DNA of 64,000 nucleotides from Nemertoderma westbladi (GCA_032718475.1 JAUCBJ010000648.1:1-64000), one strand, 5' to 3'. Numbered from the stretch's first letter, positions 25,643-39,959 are shown. Notes: generated by a model not told the origin, from the sequence alone. Numbers and translations: made by a program.

Positions 25643-26565
25643 CTAGATTCCATAGACTTCCTTAGCATTTAAATAGTCCAGATTGTCCTCATTCAATGCG
25701 GATTGGTTGATTATTCCAGCTCCGGTAACTTCTGATTGGTTGACATATATTGGGGATACTGACTTACTCATGCATGCACGGCTATCTGATTGGTTGTTCA
25801 TTGAGGCTTCCGCTACTTGTGATTGGTTCACATAAACTCTTCCCACCATTGTGTTGCTATTCTCTTGTCCTTTCTCCTCCACTGTGTTGCTATTCTCTTG
25901 TCCTCTCCCCACCACTACTGTGTTGTTATTCTCTTGTCCTCTCTCCTCCACTGTGTTACTATTATCTCGCCCTCTCTCATCCACTGTGTTGCTATTCTCT
26001 GGCCCTCTCCCCTCCCCTGTGTTGGTACTCTCCACAGTGTTGGAGTTCCGGCAATTTGTATCAGTAATATGTCTTTCTGTAGTTACCTTGTTTCTACCAA
26101 CTTTAGATTCATCGATAGTATCATAGGGATGCTCTTCACTTATTATCTGATCATCTCGACTACTGGAGGTGAGCGGAGTAAGATTGACAGGTGACCGATT
26201 GGTTGATGGGTGATTTATAGCTCTCTCATTGGCTGTTTTATTTATAGTTATCCCATTGGATGGTGGATTTAGATAGGTCTCATTGGCTGGGTGATTACGA
26301 AAACTCTCAGTGGCTAATGACCGATTGTTTGAAGCTCGAATGACTTGTATCTCTAATTCTTCATAGGGGTGACTCGGGATGCTAGCTGGACCATCCAGCC
26401 CATATACAACTGTGTCATCGTAGACAGGACTACGAGGTTTTCTATTCCGATATCTTTTGAGTAAAATGATTGCCAATACGACTATAACAATCACTGCAAA
26501 TCCACCTCCAACCACCCCACCTATCAGCGGTATAGTAGGATCATAATTGTCTACAATTTGTTGAC
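25643..26565 (-). CDS. Receptor copy B exon 4: transmembrane helix and Tyr-motif-rich cytoplasmic tail
   Basis: Acceptor cttccag/G at 26565; TM IGGVVGGGFAVIVIVVLAIILL then KRYRNRK; motifs VYGL, PYEEL, PYDTI, YVNQ x2, EVYGI-stop. Confidence 0.85.
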
Positions 26566-26719
26566 CTGGAAGATTGAATAAGAAATTTTATATATTTATA
26601 TCAAACAAACGTCCGCAACCGTCACCTACAAACTGAAGTAACAATCGCAGTTATTCTGTTTATATTTCTAGGTTCGTTTAATTATATTTATTTTATTATT
26701 AAATTTAATTGCAGCCGTG

Positions 26720-26975
26720 GAAATGTAATATAACATCGACATCATCTGTATCCAAGAACTTCGGATTAGTCATGAAGACAGTGCCATGAAGTATAATGAC
26801 ATTGGAAATGGTTGGACATTAGTAACAACCTCAGGAGAAAGAAATTCGGCCAATGTTTCAATTGGTAGAGTAGGAATTCGGCTAAGCCCATTTGCACTTT
26901 AGACACTAAACAACATCGAATCTATAATTTCCAGGGTCATTCATGATTGCAACATTAGATTGGAATTCCAAGACA
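26720..26975 (+). mobile_element. Intronic fragment of an RTE-like LINE endonuclease, same family as 8580-9790
   Basis: NIDIICIQE motif; DNA matches the reverse complement of about 9690-9775. Confidence 0.7.
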
Positions 26976-27479
26976 CTGCATGTTGAAATTTTGTTTTGAA
27001 CCTCTGAGTTGGGTTAAAGTACCGGTACGCCTAGAGAGAGACCTACAGAAAGATGAAATACTTTGTTTCCATTTGGTAATAAGATTTCAGTCGATCTTTT
27101 GACGAGAAGCAAATTGAGCCAAATTAAAAAAGAAGTTATTCTAATTTTATATGCTATACAATATATAGTTAATATTATAGTAATATATATAAATAGATAT
27201 AATAAATATAATAAAATATATGTATAGTAAAAATTACAGAAATAGCATTTTAGATTCAGCCTATATTATAGTATCCCAACCAAATACGTTATAATATAGA
27301 CTTCTAATTCTGGCGTTCAATTCACACCATATTATATCTATCTATAATGGTTGGAAACAATTTGAGCCACCACCATGCAGCAATCTACAATAATTAAATT
27401 GCTATAAAGCAGCGTGCTTTAAGAATGCTGTGGCGGTTTATCAACAAAACCGCGCCGCCAAAACTTCCTATCCCCCGCT

Positions 27480-27660
27480 CAAAATAGTCGAACCTCTAGA
27501 ATTCCAATGAATTCTATTTGACTTCAAAATCCTGGCGATCCCATTCAACGCTGCCTATGCCTCCCCTACGAATTAGAAAGCACCTGACTTCCGGACCCAT
27601 GATCCCAGGTAGCAGAAGTTATTCACATGCTTAAGTATACCATCCTTTGAGCTTATGCTT
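27480..27660 (-). mobile_element. Short LINE RT C-terminal remnant
   Basis: Minus strand reads LKHVNNFCYLGSW (FxYLGS motif). Confidence 0.55.
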
Positions 27661-28011
27661 TATACGTTCAGACATTATCTGGAGACTGTCGAAGTGTTCA
27701 CACCATGGATCAGTTTTGTTACAGTTCAACATTAATCTCTCTCAAATGACACGGTTTCAGTAACAGACCAGACAGGTTATTCTATATTTATAAGAGTAAC
27801 ATGATAAAATAAAGTAATAGTAACGCATTTTAAGCAACCATGTTCAGCATGATCCGGTCTCTTGAATATAATCTTAAGTTGAACGAAATACATTTTTGAC
27901 AGACCAATCAATATCAAGCAAATTAAATAATATATGTTTTTTTTTTATATTATGCAAAAAAAAATATCATGGATCATTGTTCAACCCAAGATTGTATAAA
28001 AGTTAACATAC

Positions 28012-28638
28012 CTGATGCTGGTTCACCTTCTATTACAGGAGTTGGATCCTGACAACCGATCTTATTACAGGCCACCACCGAGAAATAATGACGTTCATTG
28101 GGTAATTCTGGGACGATTATGTATGAATCATTTGTAATTCCTGTTGTTTTAGAATCAATTTTTTGGTTACTATTGGTGTACTCAACTCTAAACCATTGAT
28201 TAGATCCACCATTGAATCCTGGTGTCCAACTAACTTTTACACTAGAAGAGTCAACAGCTTCTACTTTAACTCCAGTCGGCATATGTGGAGGTCCTATAGG
28301 TTCCAACCTAACGTCACATTCAACCTCAGTATTACTGCTAGGGATACCATTTCCAACCCTCCCAAAGTAGGTTAAATTAAGATCATCACTGGTTACATTA
28401 TATATAGTTAGCCTTAAAACAGCTGTACTTTTATACTCAGAGTTCTCCACTACAACTGATGTTCTGTATTTATCACCATCGGGCAGCTTTTCATTAACGT
28501 CATTTTGACTAACCCAATAGACACTCGATTCAATAACAGCTGGATAACTTTCCATTGTACATGTTAGGTTAACCTCCTTTCCAAAAACTCCTATAACAGT
28601 TCGCTCTGTTGTGTCATTGTGAATCCAATGTGGTTTGT
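28012..28638 (-). CDS. Receptor copy B exon 3: Ig domain plus fibronectin type III domain
   Basis: Acceptor ttctttag and donor G/GTATGT, phase 1; NLTC..SYPA..YW; GPPHMPTGV..VSWTPGFNGGSNQWF..Y..VVACNKIG (nephrin-type FN3 signature). Confidence 0.88.
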
Positions 28639-29164
28639 CTAAAGAAAAAAATGTGTTTGTATTGTAATTATATTTATTATGTGGGAAATGTGAATTCAAT
28701 GCAACCACTACACCAAGGTGGAACCTTGGAATCAGAGTCGGGAAGTTATCAATAGTCCAAACACGACTGAAAGATGAAATGGTAAATTATAACATTGCGA
28801 GCTTCGAGCTTGATATTTTATCTAGACACGTTGCAATCAAGCAGCAAAATCTTAAAGTAGCCAGATTCTGGAATAGTTACTGTGTTACTGGTCGTATTGA
28901 TGTAGATTATATCATTAATATGATTTATAAATAATGACCTGAAGTTCGTATTGTTTGTTTTGTTTGTATTGAATTCTTATACATGCCTGGTCTGGGTTGT
29001 GTAGTTCAGTTCACCGTCTCAAAGTTGCACAAAACATTAAGTTTTAACAAAACGAGACGGGGGTTGGGTAACTTACGCCAATCCCATCAATGAAAATTGA
29101 AAATTAAATAAAAAAATGAAAATTGTAAATATATTGTGTGGAAGCGTTGACATGGAATTATATA

Positions 29165-29489
29165 GGGTAATATTTACAGTAGTTTATTGTTACTTACACT
29201 GAACTATTAACTCAATAGTGAATGACTCCAGTTCTACTAACAGTGATGGAGGGTAATATTTACAGTAGTTTATTGTTACTTACACTGAACTATTAACTCA
29301 ATACTGAATGACTCCTGTTCTACTAACAGTGATGGAGGGTAATATTTACAGTAGTTTATTGTTACTTACACTGAACTATTAACTCAATAGTGAATGACTC
29401 CTGTTCTACTAACAGTGATGGAGGGTAATATTTACAGTAGTTTAATGTTACTTACACTGAACTATTAACTCAATATTGAATGACTCCGT
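29165..29489. repeat. 86-bp tandem repeat duplicating the exon 2 3' end and splice donor (three extra copies in the intron)
   Basis: gggtaatatttacagtag..cttacactgaactattaactcaata at 29165, 29251, 29337 and 29423. Confidence 0.9.
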
Positions 29490-30058
29490 AATAGTTGATG
29501 AATCATAAAACGTATATTCGGCTGTAGTTGTGTAAATCCCTGAAGATCTTTTATTTATATCGATATTCCTAACTTCATCTCCACCGGTTACGAAGTCGCC
29601 ACTCCAATTATAATCAACACCTATATTGCATCCATCTCCATCTGGAATCCACTTTACCTCTATTGGGTCGTTATGAACTTCTAAACTTCTATTTAATTGT
29701 ATTGAATCACCTCCATTATAAGAAGTACCAGAAACTTTCAGTTCCAGATCACAATATTCTACAGTTACCGGTACCGCTGGGCTTTCTTTTCTCCCTTCCC
29801 CACCGTTGCTGTAACTACCGGTAAACTCGCACTTATAATCACCTCCATCGTCTGCGCGTAAAGGGTCTAGTGTAAATGTTGATGAATATGGTTCAGTAAC
29901 TATAGCTGCATCACCAGTAACATCTTTAGTACCATCAACATACCAGGACCAAGATGGATTCACATTGTAATCGTCTGCCGAACATTTTAATTCCAATGTT
30001 TCGCCTTTTTTCTTTTTAATCGCATCGTTGGGGTTAATGTTTATCCAAGACGGCAAAT
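29456..30058 (-). CDS. Receptor copy B exon 2: two Ig-like domains
   Basis: Acceptor gttccag and donor T/GTAAGT, 603 bp, phase 1; LELKCSA..WSWY..DDGGDYKC; second domain YNW..SGIYT. Confidence 0.88.
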
Positions 30059-33000
30059 CTGGAACAATAAAATTAATATTAATAATAATAATATAACTTA
30101 GATGTAAAACTTTCAGATTCATAACAATGTAATGTTAATTGTTATATATTGTAATGGCGAGTTTTTTAAACGCCAATGTTGGCCAATGCTTGGAACTAGT
30201 TTAGTGGAAACAAATGCAATTTTAGCTGACAGATTGCCTCGATTGTCGACTACGGCCGTTTCCGTAATTGCATATCGGTTTACATTTTTAACAAGAACCT
30301 TGCAGTGGTTGGTGGTGATCCGTAATATTTAAAATCAGTGAAAATCATAATTGTTTTTTATTCACGTTTTGTAATATTAACCCTATTTGGCCCATTTTAA
30401 AATTTTTTTGTAGGTAGGTTTTTTGTAATTCATCTGTATCTTTGAGTCAGGTTTGTTGGCAAAATTGTAATTTATGAGCCAAGATCTAAAACATTTCTTT
30501 AATGACCCCCCCCCCCCCCCCCCCTGGGCTAATTACGTTGTTAAATAGACCGTGCCAGATAGAGTTAAACCAATTGAATAACGTTTCCAATGAAATTATA
30601 TGTCTGTATGTTTAGTACGTTTGTGGAGTTTAAATGATAATGGTATTAACGTGAATGTCACTAATTTCGATCACAAAACAGCTATTCTTGAATTTAATAA
30701 TACAGTATCATTATTATTGTGATCATACTGTATACGTACCAATGTAGTAGGCCCCTATAGTATGTACTTCACAAGATTGCCTTTGAATCAAAACCACGTG
30801 CATTTAGCAGGAAACTACCTGTTTATGTAGAACCAAGGCCATCATCGTTATATGCAGTGGAGGTGGGGTGTGCCTAGGTTAAAATCTGCATTAAATAAGT
30901 TACATAAAAACCCAGACTTCCTAGTCCAATTAAGGGGGGTGTGGGGGGGGGGGGGGGTACCCACAAATAGCCACTTATTTTTAAATGGCCATTACTTTGG
31001 GTTATAACTTAATATAACAATTTTATCGTCGCTAGCATGAAATATGTGAATTTTTATGTATGTAAATTTTTGGAATAAAAATTCAATTATATTTTATATT
31101 AAAGTTTTGGCCTCCCCCTAGCAGCTGGCGGAAAAATGAGAATTTAACTAAATACACTAACTAGTCCCTCAATCTTGGTCCAAATTTCTTGAAATCAACT
31201 TTTTTGGAATCAGCACGATCAACTCTACAAAATGTATCTATAAATAGTATAGAATGTATAGAATTTTTAATTAGCTAATTTAAAAAATATTATTAATTTA
31301 ATTAATTGCTATTAAAGTTTGAACATTACCGCGCAAAATCTCTCTGTTAATATGTAAGAATGTCTGTCATTTATATCTAGCAACAAAAAAGCACAAAACC
31401 ATACTAAGATTTTTGCCATGGGGGTTTTCCTGGCTGTCTGTCTGTCGGTCTATCTGACAATCCGACAATCTGTTAGTCAAATATAAGGAAAGGTCATAAA
31501 ATCTAGCTTAAATTTAGTTATAAGGGTTTTCCTCGCTGAATTCATTTCGAGTGTCAGTTTTAACATGTCAAATGTCTGTTTGGCTGTCAAGCTGTCGGTT
31601 ATGTTTTGACGTTCAGACTGACAGGCATACAGACAGAAACGACGATGCCAAATTTAAATAATGACATCACAAATTACGTCATCGACTCCGAAAACCCAAA
31701 ACCGGCATTTTTTAGACAGATATGCTTTTTATTGACGGACAGAAATACTGACGGACAGACCGTCAGTCAAACGGACAGACAGCCATAGCTCAATAAGTAT
31801 GATAGATATTGCTAAACGGTTTTTAAATTTGGAATCTAGATAAAAAACTGCTCCAGATTAAATAATAAAAACAATTAAAAAAAAATTTGTAAGGGTGGGG
31901 GTAAGTATCATATTTGCCACCCAAAGTAGTAAACCATATAGGCAACCTGATAATTCACATATACATGAAATAGCAATTTTAAAGCAAAAAGAGGCAACTT
32001 TTGACGCAATTTGAAAAATAACCCAACAAATCTCGTGATAGACGGCAAAACAAGCAGTGAGCTTTCCAGTTGAGAAGGTTGTCGATGATGAGGCCAAGGT
32101 ATCTTACATTATCACAATGGTCAAGCATGGAGTCTTTGATTATAACTTTGGGTAAAGGTGGAATATTGCGAGGATTGTTAGAATAGATACAGTAAACTAA
32201 CGAGAGGCGATTCGAATCAAACCATTCAGAAAGATCTTCTAGTTCAATGTTAACAATATTTACAAGGTGAGTTTATGAGTGGTGTAAGCTAAACAAGTTA
32301 GTTTCGTCGGTGAAGTGTAGAGTTTTCAGATATGTTGCAAGAGGGAGGTCGTTAATGTACGGGATGAAAAGTGTCAAGGGTGGGACCTTGGGTGATATGT
32401 TATGCTTAATAGTCTAACTTTAAGAAAATAGGCCTATAAGTAATACTGTAGATACCAAATAATTATATATGGTGGTACTGTAGTCTTTGGTGTTTCAATC
32501 TATGGTTTTTGGTATACAGATATATAAAGTTGTTAAAGTTAGAATTAATTCCGAAATTGTAAATCAGTTTACATTTTTAGCATCACATTGCTGTGGTATT
32601 TGATATCCAATATTTGTTTACATATTGGTAGTATTGGTAGTGATGAGTATTTCAACTTTGTTTGGTTTATAATGATAATGTTATAAACCACATTAAAGTA
32701 TTACCGTAAAATTTTGGTATATAATACAGTAGTACCCCTAGTAGGAAATCTACATTCTATTAGGATTTCAGATACATAATTTCTGTTGTTCAATTTGACA
32801 TTAGTGTAAATCATGATTTTGAGTATTGTAATATTAAACTACTGTAATTGAATACGTCTCCCAAGTAATCAAATTTCTGTCTGTATGTTTAGAATGTTTC
32901 TGTAGTTTAGCTGAAATTGGTATTAACTTGAATGTCAGCAAATTCGATAAAGAATCAGCTTTTCTTGAATTTAATAATAGGGATAGCTTTGATTAACGTG

Positions 33001-33559
33001 ACGGTATGTACTATGTACGTCACAAAGGTTGCGATGGTTACAAAACCTCGCGTATTTAGCACTAAACTACAGTTTATATGTAGAACTCGGATAGAATCTA
33101 CATTAAATAACTTATGTAGAAACCCAGACATTCTATCTTCATATAATAATTAGTTTAATGAAAAATTAACTAGGAATTATATTGAATTAGTTTCTGCTGA
33201 TTATATTTTTATGGGGCGAGCCACGAAGTCCAGTTGAGCCTTAGTATAGCAGTACAATTAGTGAGCCGTCCGTCGTCGTCGTTGTTGTTGTTGTCGTCGG
33301 AAATGTGTGAACGCCAATAAGTCGGTCAATCATGGATGAAATGGAACCAAACTTGGTACACATGTAGTCTATCAAAAGTTTAGAAATTCTACAAAGAAAC
33401 AGACTTTTGTAGTGCATATGTCTGCCGCTAGAGGGCGAATTGACAGAAACGCAGAGGCAGCTGTACTTATAGAACCAACAATCAGATTGATCTGAAATTT
33501 GTTAGGAGTGACCTATGAGCATTGCTTAATTATAAATTCTGCATAAAGACAAACGTTTG

Positions 33560-35236
33560 TTCTTTTGACTCTGGTGTATTAATTAATGGTGGCCCCGTTT
33601 TAGAAAGTCATTTAGCAAAGTTGTTTAATTTTTTTCTATTGCACGGTTTTGTGTCTAATGGTTTACTGTCAATTTCGTTTGTTCCTATAGTTAAAAATAA
33701 TCTTGGTGATTTATCTGATGATAACAATTATAGAGCTATTGCTATCTGTGCATTATTGTTGAAAGTTTTTGAATGGTTAATGCTTATCAGTCAAGGAGAC
33801 AAGTTGCGTCTTGACGATTTGCAATTTGGTTTCCGCATAAAGTCATGTGCACCTGGTCCGCCTCTGAAGTGATAAATTATTATTCTCGTAATTCTTTACC
33901 GGTGTTTGGCTGCCTTTTAGATTTCACGAAGGCCTTTCATTTAGTCGAATGGCCAAAACTATTCCTAGAGCTAATTAAAAAGGGATTTTCTGTCTTATAT
34001 TTGAGATGTCTGTTATTTTTTTATAAAAACTAAATTTGTTCAGTTAAATGGTTAAACGCTCTCTCTTTTCAATTTAATACTTCGAATGGAGTGTGTCAGG
34101 GTTCAGTTTGTTCCCCGATTTTGTTTTGTTTGGTATTGAATATATTAATTAAGTCACTGCGATCTTGTAGGGTGGGGTGTTTTGTAGGAGGGCATTATTT
34201 TGGTGTTTTGGCGTACGCTGATGATGTTCTTCTTTTGTGGCCATCAGTGTCCGGTCTGCAGTTTATGGTTAATATATGCCAAAGGTTTTGTAGAGAATTT
34301 GGTTTGCGACTTAGTGTAAGTAGTGACCAATCCAAAAGTAAATGTAAGTGTATCCCTTTTAGCAAATGTTTGAACCCGCCAACTGCGTTAATTGTTATAG
34401 GTAACTGTGTTTTGCCTTGGGTTAAAAAGGCAACCCATTTGGGCAATGTGCTAGATTATAAGTGCTGTTTTTCAGATGACATTTTGTTGAAACGGGGTAA
34501 ATTAATAGGTAAACTTATTAATAATCTTAAACAATAATTTTATTACTGTCACCCGGCAAATATAACTTACATTCAACGTTTATATGCTTTAGATTTGTAT
34601 GGTAGTAGTTTATGAAATTTTCAATCAATGGAATGTAAGAAGTTTTTCAATAGTTGGAATACTAACGTTCAAATTATTTGTGGTTTACCTTATAACTCGC
34701 ATAGGTTTATAGTAGAAGGTTTGGTTAATTTTCCTCATCCTTGGATCTCAATGTGTAAAAATTTTATTAACTTTACTAATTCCATTATTTCTTCAGATAG
34801 ATTGTGTCTGCGGTTCCTAGGCTACCGATTGCTATACGACTGTAGCTACAAGTGGGTGTAATTTACGGTATATTGCAAATCGCATTGGCATATCTGATAT
34901 TACGCAATTAACTGCTAATTTGGTAGCTAGAAAACTTAAGTACTCTATTTGTGCAGTTGAAGATGAGTGGAGAATTACCTTGTGCAGAGAATTAATTGAT
35001 GCGATCTCCAATGTTGCTTCTGCAGATTTTTTTTCAAATATTAAGCTGAAATCTATATTGGATTACGTTCCATCTGTCTAATTTTGTGGTTTTTGTGTTT
35101 TTGTTTGGTGTTCCTTCATTTACTGCCGTTTATTATTACAAATTGTGCTCTATCTACACCATGTATCTATGTAAGAACAGTGCATACTTTGTTCCCAGGT
35201 AACTGGTGTACGTGAATAATAATAATAATAATAATA
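33560..35236 (+). mobile_element. 5'-truncated degenerate LINE (RT domain) with (AAT)n tail, in intron 1
   Basis: NYRAIAI, QFGFR, LLDFTKAF, QGSVCSP, YADD motifs across frameshifts; aataataat tail at 35215-35236. Confidence 0.9.
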
Positions 35237-35990
35237 GTTCCTTTGTCTGCCGCTAGAGGGCGAATTGACAGAAACGTAGAAGTACTGTAGCTGTACTTAT
35301 AGAACTAACCATCAGATTCATCTGAAATTTGTTAGGAGTGACCTATGAGCATTGCTTAAGTAGAAATTATACACAAAGACAGATTGAAATAAACGTAGAA
35401 GTAGCTGTACTTATAGAACTAACCATCAGATTCATTTGAAATTTGTTAGGAGTGACCTACAGGGTATGAGCATTGCTGAATAAGAAATAATTCTAAATAA
35501 GTACAGACTTCTACAGTTCCTCTGTCTGCCGCTACGGGGCGAATTCGCAGAAACATAATAGTAGCTATAATAGAACCAATCAGATTCAACTGAAAGTTGG
35601 AGTAGTGACCTACGATAATTGCTTAAATAGAACTGGTAGAGACAAGCTAACGAAGTAGTATACCAAATTTCGAGTACTCGGATTACATCTTTCTCGGGTT
35701 AACCTAGGTTAACCGAGTCTCGTGCTGCGCGAAGGCCCCACGAACGTGTATCCAATGGAATCACTTGAAACGTTAACCATAATGGCCGTGGAGTCTCTCT
35801 ACATTTAATACCCTTTCTTTCCCCATTTTGGACTTCACTCTTTGTCATTTACCGGCTTGGCTTCCTCCCTCAGAATGCCTCCAGCCGTCTCAGAAACCCA
35901 AGTCTACAGTCTGATGCTAACTGTGACTGATCGTATGTAACTAAATATATTGTAACATAATGTAACCTTTAGTGGATATCTCAAACTTAC

Positions 35991-36840
35991 ATTCAACTAC
36001 GATCGTAGTGGTACAGGATTTATCATCTTCTATAGCTCTATTCCTCGCCTTACATATAAACTCTGACCCATTATCTCCACGACTTAGATCTTTATTTATC
36101 CTCAGTGTATCTCCTGGTTCAGTTACGACTCCACCAATAGGAACTCCGATACTATCGTTACTATACCAACTCCATCTAGAATCTCCTGATGTACTTCCAG
36201 CTACCGGTGCCGGTACCCAATCCGATAACTTACAGTTTAATGTAGCTGAACTGCCTTCTATATAAGTACAACTCGGTAAGCAGCTACACTTTGGTTTAGT
36301 ATCAGCTTTACATTGGGTAAGAGGTATTATAAGTGGGTAAGTAGTCTGATCGGATATGGCCGGGTTGATTTGGAGTTCCACTACTCTATTCTCTTTAATC
36401 CAATATTTTATATTTATCTCAAATTCCTCCGGTATAGATTCAATAACAGGAGGATTCAACCCAACAGTTATATATCCTTCAGCTCCGGCTGTGTTGCTAC
36501 TTATATATTCTGTTGTATTCCATCTAACGCAAGGGATTTTAGTTTTATTGATGTTACAAACATCTCCGTTGGAGTTCGCTACATTATTCACACGTATGCT
36601 GTTACTATTATCATCCGTAGCAGTAACAGATAATTCCATTACATCGGAAATAGTTTCCGTTATTAATTCGCTAACCTCTTCAATAACAAAATCAACTTTT
36701 ACTCTAATACTATTTCTTTCTTCTTTAAATAAACATTCTCTAGTAAATTTAGATCCATCTGGTTCAACTAGTTTATATCCATTATACTTGAACCCCAAAA
36801 TAACATCAGTTAGTATCAGTAATATCAGTAATGATTTCAT
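35991..36840 (-). CDS. Receptor copy B exon 1: signal peptide, N-terminal domain, Ig domain (the four exons total 3003 nt = 1000 aa)
   Basis: MKSLLILLILTDVILG signal; donor T/GTAAGT; all four exons splice in frame via GT-AG phase-1 introns. Confidence 0.88.
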
Positions 36841-37000
36841 TGTTATTGGGGCAAAGTTTGTTGTTGAATTATAACAACTTATGTTTAAAATTGTGTCGGC
36901 ATTACAAAATTTATAGATTGAGTGCCGTTTTTAATCAATACAAAATATAAAATTATATATAAAAGATATTTAAATTATAAACTCAAACTCTATAATCCAC

Positions 37001-39531
37001 GGTAATGGTGAAAAATATCGAGACTTGAAAAATATCGAGAGTAAAAATAACGAGAGTAAAAATATCGAGAGTAAAAATAACGAGAGTAAAAATATCGAGA
37101 GTAAAAATAACGAGTGTTGAAAATTAACGTGATTAAAAAATATCGAGAGTAAAAATAACGCGAGATGAAAAATATCGAAAATAACGAGTGTTGAAAAATA
37201 TCGAGTGTTGAAAAATATCGAGAGTAAAAATATCGAGTGTTGAAAAATATCGAGAGTAAAAATATCGAGTGTTGAAAAATATCCAGAGTAAAAATATCGA
37301 GTGTTGAAAAATGTCGAGTGTTGAAAAATATCGAGAGTTGAAAAATATCGAGTGTTGAAAAATATCGAGAGTAAAAATATCGAGTGTTGAAAAATATCGA
37401 GAGGAAAAATATCGAGTGTTGAAAAATATCGAGTGTTGAAAAATATCGAGTGTTGAAAAATATCGAGAGTAAAAATATAGAGAGTAAAAATATCGAGTGT
37501 TGAAAAATATCGAGAGTAAAAATATCGAGAGTAAAAATATCGAGTGTTGAAAAATATCGAGAGTAAAAATAACGAGTGTTGAAAAATATCGAGAGTTGAA
37601 AAATATCGAGTGTTGAAAAATATCGAGAGTAAAAATATCGAGTGTTGAAAAATATCGAGAGGAAAAATATCGAGTGTTGAAAAATATCGAGTGTTGAAAA
37701 ATATCGAGAGTAAAAATATAGAGAGTAAAAATATCGAGTGTTGAAAAATATCGAGAGGAAAAATATCGAGTGTTGAAAAATATCGAGTGTTGAAAAATAT
37801 CGAGAGTAAAAATATCGAGAGTAAAAATATAGAGAGTAAAAATATCGAGTGTTGAAAAATATCGAGAGTAAAAATATCGAGAGTAAAAATATCGAGTGTT
37901 GAAAAATATCGAGAGTAAAAATAACGAGTGTTGAAAAATATCGAGAGTTGAAAAATATCGAGTGTTGAAAAATATCGAGAGTAAAAATATAGAGAGTAAA
38001 AATATCGAGTGTTGAAAAATATCGAGAGTAAAAATATCGAGAGTAAAAATATCGAGTGTTGAAAAATATCGAGAGTAAAAATATAGAGAGTGAAAATATC
38101 GAGTGTTGAAAAATATCGAGAGTAAAAATATAGAATGTTGAAAAATATCGAGTGTTGAAAAATATCGAGAGTAAAAATATCGAGTGTTGAAAAATATCGA
38201 GAGTAAAAATATCGAGTGTTGAAAAATATCGAGAGTAAAAATATCGAGTGTTGAAAAATATCGAGAGTAAAAATATCGAGTGTTGAAAAATATCGAGAGT
38301 AAAAATATCGAGTGTTGAAAAATATCGAGAGTAAAAATATCGAGTGTTGAAAAATATCGAGTGTTGAAAAATATCGAGAGTAAAAATATTGAGAGTAAAA
38401 ATATCGAGTGTTGAAAAATATCGAGAGTAAAAATATCGAGAGTAAAAATATCGACTGTTGAAAAATATCGAGAGTAAAAATAACGAGTGTTGAAAAATAT
38501 CGAGAGTAAAAATATCGAGTGTTGAAAAATATCGAGAGTAAAAATATCGAGTGTTGAAAAATATCGAGAGTAAAAATATCGAGTGTTGAAAAATATCGAG
38601 TGTTGAAAAATATCGAGAGTAAAAATATAGAGAGTGAAAATATAGAGTGTTGAAAAATATCGAGAGTAAAAATATAGAATGTTGAAAAATATCGAGTGTT
38701 GAAAAATATCGAGAGTAAAAATATCGAGAGTAAAAATATTGCATTTTGCTTGAGCATTTTATTTAGAATTATGGAACAATATTGCAGTGCATGGGTTACA
38801 ACAGTGCAAGTGCAAGTGAATGGCATTATGTAATACACCTTGGGTACCCATTTACCAGATTTATTATACTAGCTAGTTTTTGCTATTTTTTTTAATAAAT
38901 ATTATAAATGAAGTGCTAGCTATAAATTTTGATAAATATTATAAATATTGTTAAATATTATATTAGAACACTTATAAGCTACCAAATGTTGATAAATATT
39001 GTTGTTCTAGAACATTTTTAGTAAAAAAAATTATCATAAAACCCTTATTTAAAAAAATTGTTACTATCGATATTTTTACTCTCGATATTTTTCAACATTC
39101 TATATTTTTTTCAACACTCGATATTTTTACTCTCGATATTTTCATCACTCGATATTTTTCAACACTCTATATTTTTCAACACTCGATATTTTTTAACACT
39201 CGATATTTTTACTCTCGATATTTTTCAACACTCGATATTTTTACTCTCGATATTTTTCAACACTCGATATTTTTACTCTCGATATTTTTCAACACTCGAT
39301 ATTTTTACTCTCGATATTTTTCAACACTCGATATTTTTACTCTCGATATTTTTACTCTCGATATTTTTACTCTCGATATTTTTACCCTCGATATTTTTAC
39401 TCTCGATATTTTTTGAACTCTCGATATTATCGTTATTTTTCAACACTCGATGTTTTTACTCGCGTTATTTTTACTCTCGATATTTTTCATGTCTCGATAT
39501 TTTTCATGTCTCGATATTTTTCAATATAACC
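37001..39531. mobile_element. Foldback-type element: long inverted arms built from 14/16-bp aaaaatatcgag subunits (37010-38740 forward, 39065-39525 reverse)
   Basis: Mixed subunits aaaaatatcgagagt and aaaaatatcgagtgttg, mirrored on the opposite strand; termini ggtaatggtgaaaaa / tttttcaatataacc; no clean TSD seen. Confidence 0.75.
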
Positions 39532-39959
39532 AATAATACTTATTATTAACAATATAATATTAATTATTAACCAACAATTGACAGCAGGATTTTGATAGCA
39601 TTGGTGTATGTTTCGAGGGCCGCCACTCTTTTTCTGAATATTGTTGCTCTATGTATATCCATGGCTAACTTATAACGAACCTGTCTTTAGACTGGGTAGT
39701 TTTTGTCAAGAGTTGAGCCGTTAAAAAACTCATTGTGGTAGGGGAGGGGGGGGGGGGGGGGGGTGTGAGTGGGTGTGTCTGTGTGTGTGTATAGTCATCC
39801 AATATCCTAAAAACTCACGTAGGTACGCAAAAATGTTTAACTCGACCCTCGACCATTTATCAATTAGAATCTAGTTGTTGAATAAACAAGTTGGGAACGA
39901 TTCGATGTGCGATATTCGAAATATTAGCATATTATCAACATTATGTATTTATCATCATG

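Noticed and set aside
36970-39549. Long ORFs of 622, 584 and 163 aa
   Set aside because: Artefacts of a stop-free minisatellite; both overlapping frames are open and low complexity.
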